64,000 bases of DNA from the NCBI GenBank assembly GCA_036172245.1, contig JAYWIR010000008.1, positions 930,001 through 994,000 of the forward strand, given 5' to 3'. The stretch comes from Raillietiella orientalis. Its lineage: Eukaryota. Each line of letters starts with the position of its first letter. Positions within the stretch are counted from its first letter, which is position 1. The notes under the pieces are model-generated. The model saw only the letters and a list, made by a program, of their open reading frames with translations, was not told the origin of the DNA and did not search any database. Position numbers and translations under genes: made by a program. Shown piece after piece: positions 50,401-61,351 of the stretch.

Positions 50401-53400
50401 TTTCCAGCATCGTAGCTGTCTGTGTATATGTGTGTGTTTTTTTTCCTGTTGATCCTTCTCTGTTCAGTAATCACTGATAATTGCAAAGCACTATAGAATT
50501 CGTTTGTTATTATCTGTTTATGCCTTTGTTGGTTTGTCTTTGATTTCTTTATTCAGTAGTAATGGATCAATGTTTAAATTTTAGCTGGTAGCAGGCACCC
50601 TTGATGCAAGTGCAAAAATTTATTCATACAGAGTTGATTCTGTGCATAATGATACTCTAAAGATGGCTGGAAATATATCTGGTACTTCCAAAAAGCCAGA
50701 ACAGAAAACAGAAAGTGAGCCCCAAGCAGAAAGCACCAAACAGGTAGAATTTTTTTTTCTTTCCTCCTTTCTTTTTCTAGATATTCATTGCATTGCCATC
50801 AGCTTCATTGAAATATAATACAGTCATCAGTTTAAAAATTTTAGAGTAAGAAAAAATATACAATTGAGACCAATTTATCGAAAATAAACATCAATAAATT
50901 GGATTTGCATACACAAGCAGCTTCTTTATTTTATCGCCTCAGACTTATCTTTGAAGAGAAAGGTTTTGGTAATGGAAGTTTTTTGAGTACTTTTGAACCT
51001 GAGACTGATAGTTTGGAATTAAAAATTGATCTTGATGAGCCATATCTTCAGCATGAAATTCCATCATCAGTGCCACATTATCAACAGCATAACTTATTCA
51101 GTAAAGATATCAATTAGTTTGGTTTATATGCTTTTATCACTGCTTCTTTGCATAGGTGTTTTCCGAAGTGCAGTTTACAAGACTGCATCCATATGTCCAA
51201 AATATAAAGTTTTGTTAAATGATGCAACTGGTGACAAATGTATCACTCAGCAGCATGGCACAATAGATATGGAATCAGCAGATTTGAATGCTCTTGAAAA
51301 TGATGAAGATTTTCCTATTTTTGAGGGTCAGTTTTCTGACTTTAGAATATTCGTATACTTTTAATGATTTTCAGGAGCAGATGCTGGATTAGAAAGTAAT
51401 GTTGAAAGCATGGAATTAGAAAAGCATTCAGATCTACCTTCAAGACAGTTTGGTGCAAAAGAAGGTACCAAGTGCACAGATTCTAGTTTAGTTCCAACAA
51501 CATCACAATTGTTGTCATGCATTACTGCTCATCCTTCAGAGTATTCATATTTTGATCCCAACATGATGTCAGCATGGGTTGGATCACAACATTGGAAATA
51601 TAAAGCTACTTTTAAAGGTATTTCAACTGTATATAGCTTCTAATTTACATTTGTATTTACTGCATATTGAAACTTGAATTCACATTAAATTAAAGTTTGA
51701 GTTGGGTTTTGTAGTAGAAATCTTAAAGACTAATTGGTGGCTAGCTTACTGGCTTAACAGTTTTGTCTAATGAAATCACAATGTTTTTAACCTTTTTTTA
51801 AAAAAAGAAAAGAAAAAAAAGCTAGCAGCAGTAGTCACAGAAGAGCAAAAATTTTTCATTTTAATTAGAATTTTTTTTTGACTATTATGATTGTATTATG
51901 AGAATTAACAAACAAAATTATTACTATATTTGATCATCTATCATAAATTTCTGATAGTTTTTGGTTCTTGATATCACATTCTGTATGTAGTTGGGATAGG
52001 TCAGTATTAATGCCTATGCTCTTAATATCATAAAACTTCAATATCATCTTATTTGTTTGGTATACAATCTTAAGTGGGGTTGAATTATGACATGCTGAGT
52101 ATTTGTGTATCTGCAAACATGAATACTTATGTAATAATTGCACTAATACGGTAATTAGTTTTTTATCTGTGGTAAATATTGAGTTTCGTTTCATATTTAG
52201 TGATTATAGAAAATTCATGCATGTAACAAGTACTAGGTAACAAAATCCTTATTTAGTTACATTTTATAAACATAGCTATCAACAGAAACAAGGAAAACAG
52301 AACTTCTAGAAGCAATGCCAAATATTTTGTTAAATTCGATGACACTTCTCTTGCAAAGGCTGCTGCTTTGTGCAGTTCCAAAAATGCAAGAAATATCAAC
52401 TTAGTACCAAAGACTATGAAAGAATGGAATGAGCGCAAAGTGACATTACCAGCAATCTTCCACTATAAAATAGAAAATTTCTTTAGGTACGTTCACCATT
52501 TTGTAATTTTCGACTTTACAATGCAATTTCTGATGAAGGTTTTCAGGGAAACGGAATTTGCCCGTCAAGCTATCGTGTACTGAAAAATTGAGGGAATGGT
52601 TTGAAGGTGACCAGTGTTATGACTACAACAATCCAAATGACAGCATTAACTTTTGTCCCTCTTCACAGGTTAGCCAAATGGCATTCTCCATGAAAGCGAA
52701 AGTGAACTGTCTAAAAGCATCATTGCAAGGGCAGCCCACTGTTTTTAAAATAATGTTGATTAAAAGAATTTAAAACAATCCTGATTTAAAGAAATCCGTT
52801 AACAGATAATTTTTTCGGTTGGTTGGTTGGTTGGTTTTTAAATTATATCGAAAATTACAGAAAAGTTGAATTCAAATACCATTCAACTGTTTTAGTTTTG
52901 CAAAAACTAAAACACCTGCATAACTTTGTTTTGGTGCCACACTTTGCTTTAGATAGTGGACCTTCTTTTAATAATTCAGTAATGTAATCACTTTGCATTT
53001 TCCCATTGGGCACGATTGTTCTTGAACAATTCTTATCTTCTTGCATTGAAATTAATATCTTCTAGCAAAAAGTCCTGGTAAAAAAAAAAAATATTTCCAA
53101 TTCAAAATCGAGTCAATTAGTAGCATTTTGCATTTGATTGCATATCATGTAAGTGTTATTCAGAATAAAATTAATTAGGAGTAAATCCATTGAACAAAGT
53201 CTGCTTCTTTGTTTTGAATGTAGGCATTTTAATAATTTAAACATCTTTTATCTGAATTTAACGGTTTGCTTTAAAGTTGGTGTAATCAGTCAGTATAATT
53301 ATTTCCGTGATTCATCACCTAGGAATATGCAAGTACATGTTCTTAATTTACCAGATTTGCTTAATTTTCATGCAGCTTGTTTTATGATTGTCTAATTCCC

Positions 53401-54351
53401 CGATTGCTGAGAAACATTTTGTGAGCATGTCCTAAAAAAACTTTTGGTTATAATTACTGGTTGGCTTACCAGGGAGATAAAGTTGGAGATTTACCAGAAG
53501 CTTGCTCCCATGAGATTACACATGAAAACATGGAGGGAGAATTTGAAATGCCTGATCCTTATTCAAGTGAAATTCCAATGAATTGTGAGCTTTCATTAGT
53601 GGATGCTCCAGCTAAGGTGGGTATTTGTGGTCTACTTGTTAACAAGATAGTTTCAGATCCCTCGTTCCGAAATATCGTATGCTCGCCTGCCAAAAATTGT
53701 GAACATGAAGAAACTGAAAGTTACCATGTGGTCTATATTGTCAGGAGTTGACATCACACAGATGGTGAGTTTTGTACTTGTAGTGGTGTAATAGGTTCGC
53801 TTGATTATAAAAGAAATAGATTGCACCTTGTTTAAAACACAATGCAATTTCCGAGTATTTTATGGCTTTGCAAAATATTTGGTTACCTAGAGTGTGTTTA
53901 TGTGATCAATTGGGTCATTATACGCATTAATGCATGTGGTTTGGAAGAGAATTCTTTGTTTTAAGCAATTTTGGTTTTTCCAAGTGTAATCGACGGTAAA
54001 GCTTTTCACTTTGTAAGCAGTATACACAGGTGAATTTTTATTACTCTGGCATGCATGACCACTTAGTATATGCAGTCAAGCACAGCACTGTACATTATTT
54101 AACATTTACTTCTATTCCAGAATACCGGTGACAAGGAAAACATCGAGTCATTTCCAAATACTATAACAAAGAAATTTGACTTTACAGAGGTGCTTCATCA
54201 GCTGCCTCAAAAGATGAATGAGACAGCTGCAGAGAACATAAGTGTAGCGCTTGTTTTTGCTTCTCTGCTTCACCTAGCGAATGAAAAGTGTTTAGAATTA
54301 CAAAACACGGATAACAGTGACGATTTGATCATCACACAATTTTCAAATTGA
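47433..54351 (+). CDS. NCAPH: Condensin complex subunit 2 (CAP-H/Barren kleisin), 12 exons, about 688 aa
   Basis: Exons 47433-47576, 47637-47816, 47868-47957, 50585-50743, 50845-51100, 51156-51326, 51375-51617, 52276-52486, 52539-52668, 53473-53616, 53657-53764 and 54121-54351, total 2067 nt. Cnd2-family motifs: NDDESER, CIRLCALNKINAKNAFQMELIDYM, AGTLDASAKIYSYRVDSVH, EYSYF...WVGSQHWKY, YDYNNPND..NFCP, ISYARLPKIVNMKKLK..MW, ISVALVFASLLHLANEK. The start codon is uncertain. Confidence 0.94.
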
Positions 54352-54965
54352 CTCTGAACTACAAAGTCATATTTTATAGGGACAAATAAGTAATTTTATT
54401 TTATGCATATCCATTGTTGTTGTTGTTGTTTTTTAAAAAAAAATTGCCTTCCTTGTAATTTTTCCTAATTAGTTTTCTCATCAGTCAGAAAGTCGGTTGC
54501 ATATTTTCCCAAAATTATTCTTGAAGGTAAATGGGTTTCATATTCATAGATTCCGGTTGATCACCCGGAAGTGCCACGTGATTGGAACAACAAACAACAA
54601 ACAACGACTGATTTAACGAACAAGTATTTTGTTTTCTTTTTTTTTTTGTTTTCTTTTTTTTTTTTTTTTTACGAAAACTTTAAAATGGGGGTCCACGTAA
54701 ATGCCTTTTCCGCGAGATTATGATATTTCGCAACAAAAATATTTTTTACATCTCAGCAGCTTCAAGTTTCTGGTTTGGCTGCGCTTAGTAGAGGAAAGCT
54801 GTATCCCAGTAAATGAGTCCCATATTTGACAAGACAGTAACTGGATGTTCCGCGCGGTGTGGGGCTGACGTTGTGCATCCGTTTTTTCCCAGCTAAATCC
54901 TTTCGCAAGCTTGAAAAGTACAGCTGATGAAAGTGAAAACGAGATCACAAATATAGGGGGAAGGC

Positions 54966-55298
54966 TTTTTTTTTTCTTTTCTTTGTTTTAAATCGGCGTA
55001 CGTGCGTTGCCGTAATGTGCCCCGGTCGTGCGGGTGTGAATCCACGAAGTCCACTTCACGGATCGTTGCGTCACCTGGCAACGAATCTCGTGTTCTATCT
55101 ACCTTGTCACTGCCTGTGGCACCCTTGTCCCAGCAGGAACTGGCGACCAAAAGAGAGGTTCCGCTGAAAAGACCAGAGCGCTTAGTGACCATGAAGCTGC
55201 GCTTCCTAGAAATGCAGCCGGTAGCTCCCCCAACCTTCAGGGGCGACCAGAACTCTGGAAGTTACACTTTGATCTTAGCCAAAAGGCCGAGAAGCGAT
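54966..55298 (-). mobile_element. U2-headed ~335-nt non-coding element with A-rich tail (candidate U2-derived SINE or non-autonomous Utopia derivative)
   Basis: U2 head, then a ~270-nt GC-richer body with several hairpins (55247-55258, 55193-55220, 55064-55083, 55039-55064), then TTTAAAACAAAGAAAAGAAAAAAAAAA (54992-54966). No target-site duplication found. Confidence 0.4.
55263..55298 (-). pseudogene. U2: U2 snRNA 5' fragment (nt 1-36)
   Basis: The minus strand reads ATCGCTTCTCGGCCTTTTGGCTAAGATCAAAGTGTA, the conserved U2 5' end with stem I. It breaks inside the GUAGUA branch-point recognition sequence; no Sm site or U2 3' half follows. Confidence 0.92.
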
Positions 55299-56710
55299 CT
55301 GTGAGGTTACGTGCAGACATCGTGTGCGAAGAACTGCAATCAGGTTTCCATTGTACCCGGTTTGCTCCTTCAAAATGTAGTCAAGATCCATTTGTCCCTC
55401 TTCCTATTCGATCGTTGGACCTAAGGATATTTATTCATACATTAATGAGACCATAACATTGATGGACAAAATAGCTTGTTTCGTTCGTTGTCTCCTGATT
55501 ATCGTACCAGAAATCCTGCATTCAAATTACATACGTTTAGTTTCGTTCACTTTTTATGTTCCTATAAGGCGATTGATGGCTTCTGGATAATTCGAGATGA
55601 AACGATCCAGCTAACGGTGTAGGTGTTTTCTTGAATGCTGATAATTAGTTTCTGGCGTCTTTGAATTACGTAGCTTTTTCTTACCTCCTTGTCGTCACTC
55701 TCTCCGGGAGTTTTCTCATTTCCTCCGCTGTGAAGCAGTCTAGGAGATGCACTTCCCTGTCGTCTCCGCAGGTTCCTCGCCCAATTTGGTCCATTCAAGG
55801 ATAACGTACTCGGAGTGCATCATCGCGAATGCTGTGGGGGGCGAAAGACCTCCTTATGTCACTGCCGTTGGCGACGGAGTTGTGTGGCTGAGTCCGGCCG
55901 CATCAAAGTCCTCTTCGGGGACATTGGGCAGCTTCCCATGCAGTCTCCAACACTACTTTCAGTTTTGAGTTTCATGTGAAGTCGTTTTTAGAAATCGTCC
56001 AAAGAAAAAAAAGGAAAGCTACGATTATTTCATAAGGGCGACAAGGGTCCAATTTTATTCCAGTTTTTTTTTTACCGCAGTCGAAAGAGCTGTGTCCTCT
56101 TATTCGCTTAGAAAAATTTTTTTTTTTTTAAACAAAAATCCCCGATCTCTGAGCTTTCTTCATTATCTTGGCTTCATCTTGAAGGAGGAGGATAAGGAAC
56201 TCTTATTCGGATTCCTCTCGAAAAGGTTTCGCAATGAAACTGGACTCCCTTGCTCCGGCTCAAAGATCTCTTGAAGGATCAATACCGCCTTTCATCTCCC
56301 TCTTGAGTTGGTTTCGAATGCAAATGAGGCAGTCGTCCCCACAATCCGTAAGCTGCAATTCTCTTGCTAATCAGCTTCGTAGGGTTTCTTCGTTCAAACG
56401 CGCGAACCCTTCGCCCATTTCAAACTCTCGGATACGAAGGGAAGTATTTTCCACTTCAGAGCACTATAAAAGTTTTTCGCCCCCAAAATGCTAGACCGCG
56501 CGATTATTAAATGTCTACATTGAAAACGGAAAATTAGAATGCAAAGAGTAGTTCATCCATAAAGAATCATAATAGCTAAGTTTAAGACCTACGTAACTAT
56601 CAAGAGAAGAAAACTTTTATCGTAGCAGAAAGTATCCTGGGGACTGTTGATCCACTTTGGCCTTAAGGTCAATGGTGAAACATCGACTTTATAGCCTTTA
56701 GTCTAAAGTC

Positions 56711-59401
56711 TTTATTACTTTAAAAGATACAGGGTTCCTCATTTGGAGAGAGCTCGTATACAAAATGGACGGAAAACAAGACTGATTGCCGATTCACGGT
56801 ATCGCAGCATCATTCGCGAGTTGAATGTTCTGGATGCTGGATCTCTTTTGGAGGGACTCATGGTCGTGGAATGTTTTCATCCGTTGATCCTGGGGAGGCA
56901 TACCAGATTTAGCAGTTGACGGCGGAACTGCTACTTCACGGAGGCTCTTCCATTTTCAGAGGCCACGGAAGGCAAACAGGAAGCGGCACGGGTTGTGGAG
57001 GTTCTCACTTTTCGAGGGACTTCACCAGTAGGTGAGGGGTCGAATTCCTCAGGGCGATCGTCACTAGCTGCATCCTCGTACCAGCTAACTTTGTGTTCCA
57101 CGGCCTGTTCCTCGGAGCGTGGTTCAGTGTTGTCGGCACCTCTGCAAGATGTTCTGGAACCTATCGAGGGAACGGGGCTGCGAACCGTATGCACAGGGGG
57201 CACAAGTGGAACACTGAGCGTGGGGTTGGGGTTAGCCGTGGGCTAGCCGGGCGGGAAGGGTCGAGGTTTGTCAGGCAGAGAAACGCATCCAGAGCCTTGG
57301 TGCATGGTTGGTACTTGATGTGTTTCGCGTAGATATCTCTGGATGCTCTTATGACGGCTGCGATCACCCTGTCCCTAAGGGCTTTCGCATGCGGCTCGGG
57401 TGTGCCAAGTCTGGCAAGGACTTCATCGCTCCTTGGCTCCCAGGCTCTCAGTGTGCCGATGGTGAATGCATCAACGCAGACCGTCATGCCGGAGTTGCGG
57501 AAATACTGGGCAAGCTGAGCATGCTTTTTGACTGTCTCTGTCTGCGCAAATCTGGAGGAGTCTCGAAAGTTCTCAAAGGGGGTGGCAACGTCGATGATGG
57601 CAGCCTGGAAGTCGTCATAGACAACAAGGTCGGGTCGGAGGGAGGAGTTTGAATAGCCCGCTTGTTGGCCGGTTTGGAGTCTGAGCCAGTAAGGGCACGA
57701 GGTTTCGGTCAGTTCCTTAAGGACTAAGTTGTGGCGCTCGGTTATGAAACTGCCAAGGTGGTATCGGCAGTGGGCGAGTACGTGGCAGATAGATTCCTTG
57801 GGCCAGGTGCATCTTCTGCATCTCTCAAAAAAGCCGGGGCGCTTCATGTTCCCATTGAGCGGCAGTGAGTTCAGCCGCGCTCGATGGATAAATCTCCAAT
57901 CTGAAAAACAGAGAAACACATCTCAGAAGAAAGCTGTCAGAGGCAGGATGCAGGGAGAGACAGTCCATGATTCGACCCTCAGCAGGATTGCTGAGCAGTG
58001 TAGATGTTCTGCCCATCCGCTGCATCGAGCGAATCGTCCTGGCCACTTGCCAGACGCAGGTAGCAGGTGATCCGTTTGCCAGGAATTGAAATGCCAATGG
58101 AATTATCCTGAACGGATCAGGACAGCGGGAGCCTTCTGGGGGATTCCCGCACTACTGGCCAGGAGCTCTTTGGGTCGCCAGAAGGGGCATTAATGGGAGA
58201 CACCGTCACCATTCAGGAAGCGCGCTATGGTAATGTTCGTTGGGAGAGAGCGGGATTTGCGCCTCAGCACTTCACCCAATGAACTGCGCGCGAGTTCACG
58301 CACCAGGGGAGAACAAAAGCTTGAAAACGGAGTCCATGAACATGATGGAGCTCTCTTGCTGGAGAATGTGACATCCAATGCCTCCAACAGGAGCAGCTAT
58401 GTAGAGGTACTCCGCAGAAGCGGCTTGAGGGAGGGTGAGCATCGAGATTTCAGTGCTTTGTTAATGATGTTCAGCTGCTTATGAAAGGTGAGAGGCTTGA
58501 AGTGCATTCGAAGAAAGCGGGTGAGGGGAGGAAGGGGGAAGACCTTGAGATCATCCAATTTCTGCCAAGGGGTCAGGGCAGAGTCGAAAATCCGTTCCAA
58601 GTTCTGAAGAATTTCCTCTTCTCCAGCATCCTGTCTCAGGGCGTCGGAGTGATTTATAATGTTAGGATTATGGGGTTCGTGAGGTTTCCTTTTTAGAAGG
58701 TTATTATAGAAAAGATTATTTAGTAGAATGAATATGGTTTACCCAGGTACTCTTATGCTTCATTGTTCTGGAGTGCTTCTGCCGTTCCCTAGATGGTCCT
58801 CAAGAACGAAGTTACGTTCAAGAACCCCGTCGAAGGGGAGGAATCCTTTCCGAAGGGGGGCTGATGATTCCATTGCGGAGGGTCCAGTTGCTTAGTCGTC
58901 TGGCTAAACACTTGGCGAAGAGCTTGCATGGTGTTGCCGATCGCAGTCGGTCGGAACTCCTTATTCGTTCTCATCCGCGAGGTTGTGCTTCGGCATAAGA
59001 ATCGAGTAGCTGTCTTTCCAGTCAACTGGGAGTTTTCTATGGGCCAGGAAGATGTTGAACAGTTTTGATAGCAGCACACATTGGGGATCCTCTCGCAGGA
59101 GGTGATCATATGTTATCCTATCGGAGCCAGGAGAGGTGTTTTTACTCGCGGAAAGAGACTCAAGTGTCTCGAGGGGAGAAAACGGGTAGAGGTCCATGGT
59201 GTCATGGGGGGGACAGATCCTCGCAACAGTCCAGGAGGAAGCTGGCATCGAACTCGCGAGGTGCATGGAGGAGAAGTGCTGCTCTGTGGCATCTCAGTTC
59301 ACTTCACATTGTTTTCCGCGTTCACAAAGAATCACAAAGTTCACAAAGATCTCTCGCATCACCTTCCTGCGATTTACGCGGCACAGATTTTGAACTTTGG
59401 A
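56711..59401 (-). mobile_element. Degenerate RLE-type non-LTR retrotransposon, Utopia/NeSL-like; 5'-truncated, with the RT core deleted
   Basis: Minus-strand fragments in order: pre-RT motif SKVQNLCRVNRRKVMREI (~59400-59345), RT 0-2 (PFSPLE, SPGSDRITY, WKDSYSILMPK, FRPTAIGNT, KGFLPFDGVLERNFVL), EYLGKP, thumb DSALTPWQKLDDLKVF, DWRFIHRARLNSLPLNG, CCHC knuckle CRRC...ESICHVLAHC, RHN, and RLE LRPDLVV...IIDVATPFEN. There are frameshifts and stops. The 3' end is placed at AATAAA (56716-56711). Confidence 0.9.
57161..57919 (-). pseudogene. Zinc-knuckle plus restriction-like endonuclease portion of the retrotransposon ORF (open for 252 codons)
   Basis: ORF track 57161..57919 contains CRRC-x8-H-x4-C, RHN, and the PD..D motif (RPDLVVYDDFQAAIIDV). 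Confidence 0.85.
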
Positions 59402-59436
59402 ACACTTTGATCTTAACCAAAAGGCCGAGAAGCGAA
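59402..59436 (-). pseudogene. U2: U2 snRNA 5' fragment (nt ~1-35) fused to the 5' end of the retrotransposon
   Basis: The minus strand reads TTCGCTTCTCGGCCTTTTGGTTAAGATCAAAGTGT, with 2 substitutions relative to the copy at 55263-55298. Retrotransposon coding sequence follows immediately. Confidence 0.9.
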
Positions 59437-59548
59437 GTCCTCGGTATCCGATCTCGATTCACTGATATTTCCAATCAAATTATAGTAAAACTACCAAAAT
59501 AGAAAACCACATGATTATTAGTATGCTGGGTTTCTGAGAAAATATCCA

Positions 59549-59604
59549 TTTTACATAGTTAATAGCTAACTCGAAATATCGAATTAGCTATTAACTATGT
59601 AAAA
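59549..59604. repeat. Perfect 21-bp inverted repeat (hairpin/cruciform)
   Basis: ttttacatagttaatagctaa (59549-59569), spacer c-tcga-aata-tcga-a, ttagctattaactatgtaaaa (59584-59604). Confidence 0.95.
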
Positions 59605-59614
59605 GCCACTGCTA

Positions 59615-61351
59615 TAATGAAGTCCGTATTGACACCTCACTTTGAAACGCTCTTCTTGATGTTATAGAGACTGGTCCTTTTAGTATTTTCATTGATGAAT
59701 CCAATGATATTAGTGCGACTAAAATTCTAGGAATCGCTGTTGTATGCTTCAGTCATCAGTCGGGAAGGGTGGAATCTCCTTTTTTGGCATTGGCTGAACT
59801 TGACGCACTTGTGATGAGGAATCTGTCTGTTGCTGCTACTGTGAAGGAAACACTTGGTAGTAAAGGATTGAACAGTCAAAATATGAAAGCGATTGGTGTC
59901 GATCATGCGAGCGTCGTGACTGGCGTGTGCGCGAAACTGAGAAGTGAATGCCCAGGGCTTACAGTGATCCGTTGCGAGTGTCACTCTCTCCAATTGGTTG
60001 TTTCTGCAGCCTCAGATTGCTCTCCCACTTGACTTTTTTTTTTTTCTTGACTTTTTAGAGAGAGAAGTCTATAACTGGTTTTTCCATTCTGCCTTACGGC
60101 GAGATGGTTACAAGGTTCTATTTGCTGCCATGAATGATGGGGGCAATCCTAGAAATATTGTACAGAAGTGCCAGACTCGTTGGCTGTCGATTGAGACTGC
60201 AATAAACAGAATTCTGGATCATTGGGTAGAAATCAGTGCTATGTTTAGAACTGCGAATACAGCAGAGAAGAGAAAGATTATACAGCATCCCTTTTGAGCA
60301 ATATGCTTTCTGATGAGAAAAACCACGCATTCCTCCTCTTCCTCCTACCAGTATTGACTGACGTGCGTAGGGTAAACAAATCATTTGAGGTCAGTAATGC
60401 CGACTGTACCAAGCTCTTGGATGATCTGGCTGGTTTGATGGAGAACACGGCCAAGAAGTTTGTGTTTCCAACCTGCAGGAAGGACTTCCTTACAAAAAAT
60501 CCTGATTGTGTTCACTGGCGTTCCTATCTGGGCTATGAAGTTGAGGAGAAAATGCATCAAATCAAACTGCCATCAGGAGAAAAAACTGACTTCAGCAAAA
60601 GATGCATTATCTTCCTTATTAGATTAAATAAACAGCTTCAAGAAAGACTGCCTCATAATATCTTTATATTAATGACAGTGACATTAATGACAATGTCAAT
60701 AATTTTCGTGTCCCGTGCTCTTCGTGTTGTCAAAGTCCATTGATACCATTGATACAGCACCTCCAAATTCCATCAGACCAGATTGCAAAAGCAAAAATCC
60801 AGTAAAGAGACAAGTGTAAAGTGAGAGAAAGCTGCCAGAACAATTGAACTCCGGAGTGAAGTAGCTAAAGTCGCATCTGTTGAATCCATTTCACGAGTTG
60901 GTTGAAGTAATGTTCTTCCATGGTCTAACGCTCAAGTAACAAGAATCTTCGGCTTGATGCACATCGTGAAGTCAAAACTACGAAACCAGATGGAAACGGA
61001 ATTGGTCAATGCAATTCTCACAATCAGGGAAGGTCTAGACCTCTTTGAAAAATGCTGCAAGGATTGTCAATTGCATCAGAGGTTTCTAAGGAAAACAGGT
61101 AACATTGGCTGCCTACAGAAATGAAAATGGACAAGCTCCAAGCACTTCACAATCGCGGCACTATTTCTTCGATGAGGATGATCCAGAGAACCTGCAATTT
61201 TGAACGAGTTATATATTAAGATCACTTTTCACTCATCAAATACTCATTGCATTTTATGAATAATAATAATTTCCTAAATATTAGAATCTGGAGCATCGCG
61301 GCTTTTCGAAGGCCATCTAAAGGATTCCATTAACTTCTGTTGGCAATGCTG
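59615..61351 (+). mobile_element. Decayed hAT-superfamily DNA transposon (ZNF862-like transposase pseudogene) with a putative right TIR
   Basis: Frameshifted fragments: FSIFIDESNDIS (first catalytic D), IGVDHASVVTG, IRCECHSLQL (CxxH), CQTRWLSIETAINRIL, and C-terminal dimerisation-type LPWSNAQVTRIFGLMHIVKSKLRNQM. GTTGGCAATGCTG at 61339-61351 resembles a CAG..TTGCCA hAT terminus. No left TIR or BED finger found. Confidence 0.85.

Noticed and set aside
55263..55298. Intact or variant U2 snRNA gene
   Set aside because: Similarity stops at nt 36; no stem II, Sm site or 3' stems were found downstream.
55299..59520. Shared snRNA promoter (PSE) upstream of the two U2 fragments
   Set aside because: Only a 6-mer (TGATTG at about -44 and -41) is shared, which is not significant.
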